Shown here in pieces: positions 26,217 through 34,673 of a stretch of DNA of 64,000 nucleotides. The stretch comes from an uncultured bacterium. GTDB lineage: Bacteria > Verrucomicrobiota > Kiritimatiellia > RFP12 > UBA1067. The first letter of the stretch is position 1, and each line of letters starts with the position of its first letter. The notes under the pieces were generated by a model, which did not search any database, was not told where the DNA came from, and worked only from the letters and a program-made list of their open reading frames with translations. Position numbers and translations under genes: made by a program. The stretch spans positions 17,599 through 81,598 of the forward strand of contig CADCOC010000017.1 of assembly GCA_902802945.1 (NCBI GenBank), in the 5' to 3' direction.

Positions 26217-26415
26217 TGTCCAAAAGCAGATGATCGAGTTTTCGACCATGGATCTGGTCAAGGCAGTGTCAACGTCTCGTAAGTTGCCGCTGGCTGAGGC
26301 CATGAAGGTTGTGTATAAATCGCCTTTCTTCCTCAAACTGCAGGACCCTGAGACCGGTCTTTACCGAGAATCGAAAGCATATCTCATACGGCGATTCAAT
26401 CAAGAATGTCAATGA
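26209..26415 (+). CDS. Second DUF3791-like small protein
   Basis: AAGGAGG 6 nt upstream. MSDVQKQMIEFSTMDLVKAVS...AEAMKVVYKSPFFLKLQDPETGLYRES. Overlaps the preceding gene by 8 nt. Confidence 0.7.
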   Translation: MSDVQKQMIEFSTMDLVKAVSTSRKLPLAEAMKVVYKSPFFLKLQDPETGLYRESKAYLIRRFNQECQ

Positions 26416-26563
26416 AAACCGATGTAGGGAGTAAAGACAAGTTTCCAATCCAATAAATTTCGCGCACATGAAAGTCGTGAGTGGCGATCCGACTCGAGCG
26501 GAGTTGCCATGTTTAAGTCGGGGAACAAAGGCCAATGTCCCTGTGAAAAGGAGCTGATGGAGC

Positions 26564-27211
26564 ATGAAAATCGAGGAACTCATTGACAGGGGCGACGAGA
26601 CGGGGCAGCGCATTCGCGAAACGCTGAACGTCCTGCTTGAATCTCCATACTTCTACAAAACGGACGACGAACGCCTGTTTCTCGTCTTGACGCGCTACAA
26701 GCGGGCGTTTGAGTCGTTCTTCGACAAGTTCTTCGGCTGGACGCTCGTGATGGACGCGAAATGCGCGCGTCTCTACAAGCCGAAATGGTTCAACGAGAAG
26801 ATCACGCTGCCCAACCGCGACATGTTCGGCTTCACGAAACGTGACGAGTGCATGGCGTTTCTGCTGCTCATCGAGTTCTTCGAACGTGAATGTCGCGAGC
26901 AGGGCGTGACGGCGGATGACCGCGAAAATCTGCGCTTCCGTTTCGGCGACTGGCTTGAATACGCGGCGGCTCGCTTCCGCGCGTTGATGCCAGATAAAGA
27001 GGAGAACTACACCGATGAGCGCGTGAGGCAGATTTTGCGCGACATCATGCCCGATCTCGTGCGGTATCGTTTTCTGCAAAAAGTGAGACCTTCCGCCGAC
27101 GACAGCGTGAGCGAGGCCGAGACGATCTTCGAGTGTCTGCCTGCCCTCTGGCACTATCAGGCCGCGCAACTCAATCAGCCGGTTGCCGTGGAGGAGGAAA
27201 GCGCATCATGA
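26564..27211 (+). CDS. Small subunit of a condensin-like system (JetB/MksE-like; DUF4194/DUF2398-type)
   Basis: 215 aa, acidic helical protein (LFLVLTRYKRAFESFFDKFFGWTLVMD...MAFLLLIEFFERE). Its stop overlaps the start of the SMC-like ATPase (ATGA at 27208). Confidence 0.6.
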   Translation: MKIEELIDRGDETGQRIRETLNVLLESPYFYKTDDERLFLVLTRYKRAFESFFDKFFGWTLVMDAKCARLYKPKWFNEKITLPNRDMFGFTKRDECMAFLLLIEFFERECREQGVTADDRENLRFRFGDWLEYAAARFRALMPDKEENYTDERVRQILRDIMPDLVRYRFLQKVRPSADDSVSEAETIFECLPALWHYQAAQLNQPVAVEEESAS

Positions 27212-30200
27212 AGCCGCGTGAGAACTATCGAATCACCGCCGTGCGGGTTGTCGAGTTCCACAACCTCGGCACCACGACCATCGAGATTCCCGAAGGCGGG
27301 CATCTGTTTCTTCTGGGCGACAACGGATCTGGCAAGACAACGATCCTTGACGCAATCCACCTGGTTCTGACCGCCGGGCGCGAGATGGAGTTCAACTCTG
27401 CCGCACGCGTTGCGGGCGCGAAGGATTCCGGCGGACGCACCATCCAAGGCATCGTGCTTCGCTACAACGCCGTCACCGGGCGTCCCATGCGCGAGACGGG
27501 CATCACCTACGCTGCGGTGGAGTTGAAGTCGGATGGTGGGCACGTCGTTTCGCTTGCCGTCGGACTTGCGGCGGACGGCATGGACGTCGCCTTCGAACGC
27601 TGGGGCGGTATTGCGTCCGTTCCTGTCGCAGATATTCCGCTTGCCGTCGAGGAAAACGGACGCCTCCGCGCCGCGACGCAGACGGAATTCAAGCGCGGCA
27701 TCACGGCCCTGACGGGCGGCAAGTACTACGGACACATCAACGACTATGCCGACGCCGTCGGGGCGCGTCTCTTCGGCGGCGAGGCGAAATACGCCGACGT
27801 CTGCAAACTCCTTCGGACGGCCAAGGCGTATCGCGAAATCGCGGCACGCGCGGCGAACTATGACGACCTTTTCCGCAAATTGCTTGAGGAACCGAGCCGC
27901 GACACGTTTGAGCCTCTCTTGAAGGGACTTCGCGAACTGGAGGAAAGTAAGGGACGCCTTGAGCAGATTGACGAACGGGCGGCCTACCTGAATGAACTCC
28001 GCCGCGAATCCGAGCGGCTGGAGAAATTGCGTTTTCATGCCGACCTTGTGGCCTGGGCTGAAGCCGATGCGAAGCGTACCGTTGCCGAGCGCGATGGAGC
28101 GACGATCGCCGAATCAGAGCAGGCGGCGCAGAAGGAACTCGCCTCGCTCGAAGGCGAGTGGGCGGCGCTGAAGGACGATGTCGCCCGCGCGCGGGAGCGG
28201 CTTTCGGATTTGCGGGCGAAAGACAAAACCGGCCTTGTTGGGCAGGAAAAGGCCTCCGTGCAGCGTCTCGCCGAGGCTGAGCGCAAACTGTCCGACGCCG
28301 AACGTGTCCTTGCTGAAGACAGGCGCTCAGCGCAAGAGGCGGAAAAGACGGCGAAGTCCGCACGCGAACATCGGGTATCGGCGTTTCGCAAACAGGCGGA
28401 CGATTTGATGTCCGCCGGCAAGACGGCGAATTTCTCGTCTGGTGGAATCGCAGATGCTCTGTATGGCGCGGATACACGGGATTTGACTGAATTGTTTGCA
28501 GAAACGCGTATCAGGGCTACGACGGAAATCAATGCGCGTTCGGACGCAGCGTTTCAAGCGCGTGCAGAAGCCGAAATTGCGCAACGCGAAACCGAGGAAC
28601 GACGCAAGGAACTTGATGCGATACGTGCACGCGGTGAGAACCTGCCGGATGTTCCCGGTTTCGCCGAGGTACGCGAGGAGGTGCGCGCGAAGATGCTGGG
28701 GGCGCGTCCGCTCTACGAACTGCTGGAGCCGGCGTCGGGATGCGACGCGCGCCATCTTGCGTTTTTGGAGCGGCTTGTCGGCGACGACTTTCTTGCGACG
28801 TGGGTCGTGCGGTCTGACGAGGCGGATCAGGTGCGCCGGATCGCGTGGTCGGTAACAACAAGCGGACAACAACAAGGTGTGTGCCCGACCGTGTCTGTGC
28901 GAGGAGAGTCGGACGATGTGTCCGTCAATGACCTTGCGCCGTGGCTGGGAACGTTCGTGTCGTTTGAGGAATCCGATGTCGAGGCGGTGCGCCTGCTCGC
29001 GCGGCATCTTGCGGCAAAGGTGGGGCCGAAGGACGGCGACTTTCTTTCGCAGAAAACATGGCTCTTCAGGGGACGCGAGGGACTCTTGGCAACCGCGAAG
29101 CCGCGTCTCATCGGCGCGAAGGCGCGTGCGGCGGAACAGGCGCGTCTAGAAAAGGCGGCCGAAGCGCGGCTCGCGGAAGCGGAACGTCAGGAGAAGGCGG
29201 CGATGAAGAAAAGCGCCACATGTGAGCAGGCGCTTGCCGCGTTGCAGACGTTCATGACGAGGCTGGAAGATGCAAGGGACGTCTCCGTACGCGAAACCTC
29301 TGCCGTGAACGCAGCCGAGGCGGAGTTGCGCCGTATTGCTGACCGGGTGTCGATTTCGGAGGCGCGCGCAGAGGAGCACCGCCATGCGGTGACTGTATGC
29401 CGTGACGAACTCGAAGACGTGCGCGTGAAGATGCGCGCGGAAGGAATTGACGGTTCGCTTGAAAAGAGAATTGCGTCTGCCGAAAAGACCGTTCGTGACA
29501 AGGAACGCGCGGCGGATGTAGCGCGGGAGAGGATCGGCGGTGTCCGCGGACGGCTCGAAGGTCTCGCGAAGGCGCGCTCGGCGCGGGAAGCTGAGGCGGT
29601 CGAGGCGGCCGCGCGTGCGTCCGACATGTTGTCCCGTTTCGCCGCGCGGATTCCAGAGGGGCAGGACGTTGCGCGGTTCGCAGCAGAGGAGTTTCCGCAA
29701 CTTGCTGTGGAGGGGGCTGACTATTCGGCGCTACGCGAAGGATTGGCGAAAGAGTCGGGTGCGGCGGAGGCGAAGATCGAACAGCGCATCCGCGACCAGA
29801 AAGGCGAGGCGTATGCGTTTTCCTTCGACCGGGCGGCGAACAGCATCACCGACCGTCGCGGCGTTTCGCTTGCTGAGGTGCTTGCGGACGAAACGCGGCG
29901 CGTGGAGGAGCTCAGGGGCGTTCTCGACAAGAAGAGCCGCGAAGTGTTCGAGCAGATATTCATGGGCGAGGTCATGCGGAGGCTCTACCTCGACCTCATG
30001 CGCATCACGGATTTGACCGGACGCATCCAGCGCCAGCTCGCTGGGCGGAAATTCGGATCGAACCGCTATGCGTTTTCCATATCGCCTATTCCAGAATACG
30101 AGGGATTCGTCCGACTCGTCCGCAAGGGTTACGCGCTCGACTCGGGCGGAGAAAAGGACGAGCTTCGGGACTACCTTGAACTGCACAGGGACGAAATCCT

Positions 30201-30705
30201 GAACGCGGACATCGACACGGTCCCCGACATCTTCGACTACCGCAAGTGGTTCCGCTTCGAGCTGAAGGTCGTGACGGAGAACGAGGAGGGACGTGTCATC
30301 GACCGCAAGGTGAAGAGCATGGGATCAGGCGGCGAACAGGCGGTGCCGAACTATCTCCTGATCCTCACCGTCGCGGAATTCCTCTTCCATGGCGGCGATG
30401 GCGTGGAACCTCCCAAGACGGCGCTCCTGCTGTTCGACGAAGCCTTCTATGGGATCGACGCGGCGCGGCGCGACCAGCTGTTGGCTTTTGCCGATGCGCT
30501 CGGACTCCAGCTTTTCGTGTCGTCTCCGGACCAGGACGGTGTGAAGCGCGAGATCAGACATTCCGTTTCGCTGATCGTGGTGAAAGATGAAAACCTTGAC
30601 GTGCACCTGACGCCTGTCGTCTGGCGCAACGTCGCCACGCAGGGTGATTTGCTTGGCGGCGCCGCGCCGGAAGTCGGCATGACGATCAAGGAGGAGACGA
30701 AATGA
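27208..30705 (+). CDS. SMC/Rad50-like ABC ATPase with long coiled coil (JetC/MksB-like; TIGR02680-type)
   Basis: Walker A LLGDNGSGKTTILDAI near the N-terminus. About 550 aa of E/A/R-rich coiled coil. C-terminal signature-like SMGSGGEQ and Walker B ALLLFDEAFYGID. Confidence 0.85.
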   Translation: MKPRENYRITAVRVVEFHNLGTTTIEIPEGGHLFLLGDNGSGKTTILDAIHLVLTAGREMEFNSAARVAGAKDSGGRTIQGIVLRYNAVTGRPMRETGITYAAVELKSDGGHVVSLAVGLAADGMDVAFERWGGIASVPVADIPLAVEENGRLRAATQTEFKRGITALTGGKYYGHINDYADAVGARLFGGEAKYADVCKLLRTAKAYREIAARAANYDDLFRKLLEEPSRDTFEPLLKGLRELEESKGRLEQIDERAAYLNELRRESERLEKLRFHADLVAWAEADAKRTVAERDGATIAESEQAAQKELASLEGEWAALKDDVARARERLSDLRAKDKTGLVGQEKASVQRLAEAERKLSDAERVLAEDRRSAQEAEKTAKSAREHRVSAFRKQADDLMSAGKTANFSSGGIADALYGADTRDLTELFAETRIRATTEINARSDAAFQARAEAEIAQRETEERRKELDAIRARGENLPDVPGFAEVREEVRAKMLGARPLYELLEPASGCDARHLAFLERLVGDDFLATWVVRSDEADQVRRIAWSVTTSGQQQGVCPTVSVRGESDDVSVNDLAPWLGTFVSFEESDVEAVRLLARHLAAKVGPKDGDFLSQKTWLFRGREGLLATAKPRLIGAKARAAEQARLEKAAEARLAEAERQEKAAMKKSATCEQALAALQTFMTRLEDARDVSVRETSAVNAAEAELRRIADRVSISEARAEEHRHAVTVCRDELEDVRVKMRAEGIDGSLEKRIASAEKTVRDKERAADVARERIGGVRGRLEGLAKARSAREAEAVEAAARASDMLSRFAARIPEGQDVARFAAEEFPQLAVEGADYSALREGLAKESGAAEAKIEQRIRDQKGEAYAFSFDRAANSITDRRGVSLAEVLADETRRVEELRGVLDKKSREVFEQIFMGEVMRRLYLDLMRITDLTGRIQRQLAGRKFGSNRYAFSISPIPEYEGFVRLVRKGYALDSGGEKDELRDYLELHRDEILNADIDTVPDIFDYRKWFRFELKVVTENEEGRVIDRKVKSMGSGGEQAVPNYLLILTVAEFLFHGGDGVEPPKTALLLFDEAFYGIDAARRDQLLAFADALGLQLFVSSPDQDGVKREIRHSVSLIVVKDENLDVHLTPVVWRNVATQGDLLGGAAPEVGMTIKEETK

Positions 30706-30751
30706 GCAGATTATTGTTGAAATCGGCAAATTTGATACAGCGTGAGACTGT

Positions 30752-30834
30752 TTCGTTCATAAAATGTGGGCCATACTGGAAAAGTTCGTTCATAAAATGT
30801 GGTGGCTGGTCATTGATTACGTTCATAAAATGTG
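30752..30834 (+). repeat. Three direct repeats (cgttcataaaatgtg core) at exact 33-bp spacing (30754, 30787, 30820); the third runs into TATTATACT (-10)
   Basis: ttcgttcataaaatgtgg x2 and acgttcataaaatgtgatattatact, followed 6 nt later by ATG 30851. Same geometry as 19016-19114, with an unrelated repeat sequence. Confidence 0.9.
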
Positions 30835-30850
30835 ATATTATACTGTCTAG

Positions 30851-32200
30851 ATGAAAAGGCAGATTATAGACAAGATGGAAGCCTGGGATGAGTCGGCGGA
30901 CAGAAAGCCGCTGATTTTGATGGGCGCGAGACAGGTTGGCAAGACTTGGCTGATGGAGGAATTTGCTCGGCGTAGGTATGTCGGCAACACGGTTGTTGTC
31001 AATTTCATGAAGAGCGAGCGACTGCGTCTGCGGTTTGAAACGACAGACCTTGATCCGAAGTCCATTATAGAGGCCATATCAATCGAGACGGGACAGAAGA
31101 TAGTTCCCGGCAAGACGCTTCTTGTGCTGGACGAGATACAAGAGTCGCCGCGCGCGTTGACTGCGCTCAAGTTCTTTAACGAGGACATGCCGGATTTGGC
31201 TGTCATGGCAGCGGGGTCGCTTTTGGGGCTTGCCGTGAACAGGAAAAAGAGGAAACGCGACGCCAATTCATTGCAGCTGGCGAAGGCGTCGTTTCCGGTA
31301 GGCAAGGTTGCGTTCCTTGACGTTCCGCCTATGACTTTTGAAGAGTTTCTCTTGGCAGTCGGCGAGGATTTGAAGTGCAACGCGCTAAAGAAATGTGACT
31401 GGAAGATGGTTGGCTTGTTCCATGACAGTTATTGCGAACTGCTCCGAAAATACTATTTCGTAGGGGGAATGCCAGGGGCTGTCCAGTCCTTTTCGGAGAA
31501 CGGGGACTTTGCGCTGGTGCGCGATGTCCACAGGACGATTCTCCGGGCGTATGACGAAGATTTTGCAAAGCATGCCGATGGCCCTCTTCTGGCAAAGATA
31601 CGGTTGCTTTGGAATTCGATACCGGCGCAGCTTGCGAAGGAGAACAAGAAGTTCGTCTATACTGCGCTGCGTCCGGGAGCCAGGGCAAGAGAGTACGAAG
31701 TCGCGCTTCAATGGCTGGAGGACGCGGGGATGATTCGAATCGTCCGCAATGTATCAACGCCTCAGCTGCCTCTTGCGGCATACGAGGAGTTCGGAGCTTT
31801 CAAGCTCTACGCGCACGACATAGGGCTAGTTGGTGCGATGGCCGGTGTCCCGCCGCAGATACTGCTTGATGGTGATAGTTTGTTTACCCATTTCAAAGGG
31901 GCGCTGACGGAGCAGTATGTACTTGAAGAATTGACAGCGTTGGGATTGTCGCCAAACTACTGGTCGCCGGACAACATAAAGGCGGAGGTGGAATTCCTTC
32001 TCCAGATCGGGACAATGATATGCCCGCTTGAGGCAAAGGCCGAAACGAACCTGCGTGCGAAGTCGCTCAAGTCATACATTGATCGGTTCAACCCGCGCAA
32101 GGCCCTGCGTGTATCGATGTCCAAGTGGTCGTCCGGCGAACGAATCGACGACTATCCGCTCTATGCGATACCAGAGGCGATAAAGGTTTTGGACCAATAG
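30851..32200 (+). CDS. AAA ATPase (AAA_14-like) with C-terminal DUF4143-like PD-(D/E)XK domain
   Basis: LILMGARQVGKTWL is the Walker A. LLVLDEIQESP is the Walker B. The C-terminus has AEVEFLLQIGTMICPLEAKAE. Lower GC than the flanking condensin-like genes. Confidence 0.85.
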   Translation: MKRQIIDKMEAWDESADRKPLILMGARQVGKTWLMEEFARRRYVGNTVVVNFMKSERLRLRFETTDLDPKSIIEAISIETGQKIVPGKTLLVLDEIQESPRALTALKFFNEDMPDLAVMAAGSLLGLAVNRKKRKRDANSLQLAKASFPVGKVAFLDVPPMTFEEFLLAVGEDLKCNALKKCDWKMVGLFHDSYCELLRKYYFVGGMPGAVQSFSENGDFALVRDVHRTILRAYDEDFAKHADGPLLAKIRLLWNSIPAQLAKENKKFVYTALRPGARAREYEVALQWLEDAGMIRIVRNVSTPQLPLAAYEEFGAFKLYAHDIGLVGAMAGVPPQILLDGDSLFTHFKGALTEQYVLEELTALGLSPNYWSPDNIKAEVEFLLQIGTMICPLEAKAETNLRAKSLKSYIDRFNPRKALRVSMSKWSSGERIDDYPLYAIPEAIKVLDQ

Positions 32201-32225
32201 AATCTAAACAGACAAAGGAGAGAAC

Positions 32226-32894
32226 ATGAACAATCAAAATCGGACGACTCAAGGTTGGGTTTACATTCTAACAAATCCGAGCTTTCGTGAAGATTGGGTG
32301 AAGATTGGGAAAAGTTCGCGCCCAGTCGATATTCGATCCAAGGAACTCGATAACACTGCAGTTCCATTGCCTTTTGAGATTTATGCGACGCTCAAAACCG
32401 CGAAGTACGAAATTGTTGAGCGGAAGATACACAAGGCCATTGACCGCCTGACCGATTTGCGGATTCGGCAGAACAGAGAGTTTTTCAACATCAAGCCCGA
32501 ACTAGCCCTTGAGATTCTAACCGATGAGGCAACATTGCTAGACGACGCAGAGATCGTGCGTTACAAAGACAATAGGCCGATTGTACACAACAGTCAAGAG
32601 GATGTGTGCGAACGGGAGCGTCCGAGGAGAGCGCGATTTAAGTTTAGCATGGTCAATATCCCAATCGGCTCAAAGCTTGTCTTTGTTCCAACAGGTGTTG
32701 AGGTCAAGGTCGCGGGTGATGATCAGATAGAGTATGAAGGAAGGATATACAAATTATCGCCTTTTGTAGGAACATTTATGCCGGAAGATCATCGAAACAC
32801 TTCTGGCGCATATCAAGGTGCAAAATACTTTTCCTACAATGGCAAGATACTGGATGACTTGCGCCGTGACATGGAGGAATCCTTCGCTGATTAG
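32226..32894 (+). CDS. GIY-YIG superfamily (T5orf172/MUG113-like) domain protein with unknown C-terminal domain
   Basis: GWVYILTNPSFREDWVKIGKSSRPVDIRSKEL...ERKIHKAI...NREFFNI is the typical T5orf172 pattern. The C-terminal ~90 aa (FKFSMVNIPIGSKLVF...IEYEGRIYKLSPFV...YFSYNGKILDDLR) are unassigned. GC looks about 45% by eye. Confidence 0.7.
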   Translation: MNNQNRTTQGWVYILTNPSFREDWVKIGKSSRPVDIRSKELDNTAVPLPFEIYATLKTAKYEIVERKIHKAIDRLTDLRIRQNREFFNIKPELALEILTDEATLLDDAEIVRYKDNRPIVHNSQEDVCERERPRRARFKFSMVNIPIGSKLVFVPTGVEVKVAGDDQIEYEGRIYKLSPFVGTFMPEDHRNTSGAYQGAKYFSYNGKILDDLRRDMEESFAD

Positions 32895-32909
32895 GCATAG
32901 GGAGAAATC

Positions 32910-33284
32910 ATGGCTGACATGTTGGTAAGATCGGAAATTGAGTTGTCCGTGCCCGTGGCGGAACGCCACATCAATGCGGCACGAGAAGCGGCATCATATC
33001 TGACGACCGACAAGTCGTCGATACAAATCGAGATAGTTGGTGAAGGCAAAAACTGGATTTACACCACGTTCCCTGTGAAACGAGCGCGTCAGGTAGATGT
33101 GTGCGACAGGATTGCGAAGGAAATGAGCATGGAAATGGAAGATTACCAGGACCAGATACTATGTTTCTTAAAATCAGAGGCTGAACAGCGTCGTGACCAG
33201 CGAAAGCTCGAGCGGGCAAAGGAGCGTCGCCGCCAAGCCAGGATGCTGCGCGAAGCGGCGAAACAAAATAAGGAAACAGAATGA
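32910..33284 (+). CDS. Hypothetical 124-aa protein with K/R/E-rich C-terminal tail
   Basis: ORF 15 nt after the preceding stop. The C-terminus is [35 protein letters not shown]. No motif recognised. Its stop overlaps the next ATG (ATGA). Confidence 0.55.
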   Translation: MADMLVRSEIELSVPVAERHINAAREAASYLTTDKSSIQIEIVGEGKNWIYTTFPVKRARQVDVCDRIAKEMSMEMEDYQDQILCFLKSEAEQRRDQRKLERAKERRRQARMLREAAKQNKETE

Positions 33285-33412
33285 TAACGAGGGAAACTCC
33301 AGACGTAACAGACGCCGTTCAAGCTTTCAAACATACAAGTACCAAAGTAAGGCGTAACGATCCGTGCCCATGTGGAAGCGGAAAGAAGTACAAGAAGTGT
33401 TGTGGCAGATAA
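33281..33412 (+). CDS. 43-aa SEC-C-motif (zinc-binding) microprotein
   Basis: [43 protein letters not shown] carries the canonical SecA C-terminal-type [14 protein letters not shown] motif. Below the ORF-track length cutoff. Confidence 0.55.
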   Translation: MITRETPDVTDAVQAFKHTSTKVRRNDPCPCGSGKKYKKCCGR

Positions 33413-33431
33413 GGGAGATGGAGGTGTCGAA

Positions 33432-34673
33432 ATGGGTGAGGGTCCGCTGACCAAAGACAAAATCGCCGCCGCGATTCAAAACGCGCCGGCGGTGGAGGGG
33501 GTGCTGAAGAAACTTGCGGGCAAGGTCGCGCGCGGCGTGCGGCTGCCGGCGTCATTTACCGCGAGGGGGCTTGATTACGCGGCGCAGCGCGAGCTGGAGC
33601 ACTTTCTTGGTGCCATCGGGCAACGTCAACCGGACGGTTCCTTTTACATCCAACTGCACGAGTTCCTGCGTGGCCCTGAAATGTGGCGCGAGGCGATGGA
33701 GTATTTCGGACTATTGAGAGAAAGGGATGGTGACGATGACGAGGATGTGTTTCCACGGTTGAAACTGATTGAGCCCGATCTTTCACCACTCATCGACAAG
33801 CTTGCAGCGAACGAAGAGGTTGTGCGGTTTCTCGCCCATCCAGAGAACAAAAAGGACTGGATTCGGCTCTTCCGCTCCTTTGTCGGGAGATTCGACGGCC
33901 CGGAGTGCGGACTTGTCACGACGCTTTCCCAGCTTGGCTCGGACTGGTTCGGCGACAGCAAAAAGCTGAGGAGCGGCGGGTTGCGCCGCCAGCTGGCCAT
34001 AATTGCCGCAACACTGGCCGATTCGCCCTTGGATGACGAAAGACGTGCGCTTGAGGGGGCTCTGATCGTTGACAATCCCTACACGAGTAGCGTCACGTTC
34101 TCTGCGCCAGTGCATCTGATTCTGAAGGATGGAGAGGTGCTTGATTATCCCTGTCGCTACTATGTCAGAAGAATGGCGACGCAGCTTCCGCTTGAGACGG
34201 TCCTTGAGCTTGCGGAGGTTAAATGGGCCGGTAAGGTTCGCGGCGTGACGACGAGCGAAAATGCCGCCCCCTTTGCCAACATGGTGCGGAAAGGAGACGC
34301 CTGCGTCTACACCGGCGGTTATCCGTGTCTGGCGGTCAAGATATTCCTCCATAAGCTCGGTGCGACAGGATCAGAATGCATCCATGAAGGAGACGCCGAC
34401 CTGGACGGATTCAGAATCGCGTCCGAAGTCGGCAAATGCATTGTGCTCAAGCGGGTTGTCGCGTCCGACATCCTTGAACACGCCACGCCAGATGCGGGGC
34501 GCGAATTGACATCAGACCAGTCGAAACGCGCTTGGGAGTTTCTTTCAAATCCACAGTGGAAGAACTTCCGGTTCGCGGATGATGTGAGACGGATGTTGTG
34601 TCGCGGACGTTGGATTGAGCAGGAATCGTTCGGCGCGATTATTCGCAAGTCCAAGAAGGATGCGGGACAGTGA
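33432..34673 (+). CDS. Toprim-like nuclease subunit of the condensin-like system (JetD/MksG-like; DUF2399/TIGR02679-type)
   Basis: The C-terminal domain has VTTSENAAPFANMV (Toprim Glu) and IHEGDADLDGFRIASEV (DxD), then RWIEQESF. GGAGG-like ribosome-binding site before ATG 33432. Confidence 0.7.
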   Translation: MGEGPLTKDKIAAAIQNAPAVEGVLKKLAGKVARGVRLPASFTARGLDYAAQRELEHFLGAIGQRQPDGSFYIQLHEFLRGPEMWREAMEYFGLLRERDGDDDEDVFPRLKLIEPDLSPLIDKLAANEEVVRFLAHPENKKDWIRLFRSFVGRFDGPECGLVTTLSQLGSDWFGDSKKLRSGGLRRQLAIIAATLADSPLDDERRALEGALIVDNPYTSSVTFSAPVHLILKDGEVLDYPCRYYVRRMATQLPLETVLELAEVKWAGKVRGVTTSENAAPFANMVRKGDACVYTGGYPCLAVKIFLHKLGATGSECIHEGDADLDGFRIASEVGKCIVLKRVVASDILEHATPDAGRELTSDQSKRAWEFLSNPQWKNFRFADDVRRMLCRGRWIEQESFGAIIRKSKKDAGQ

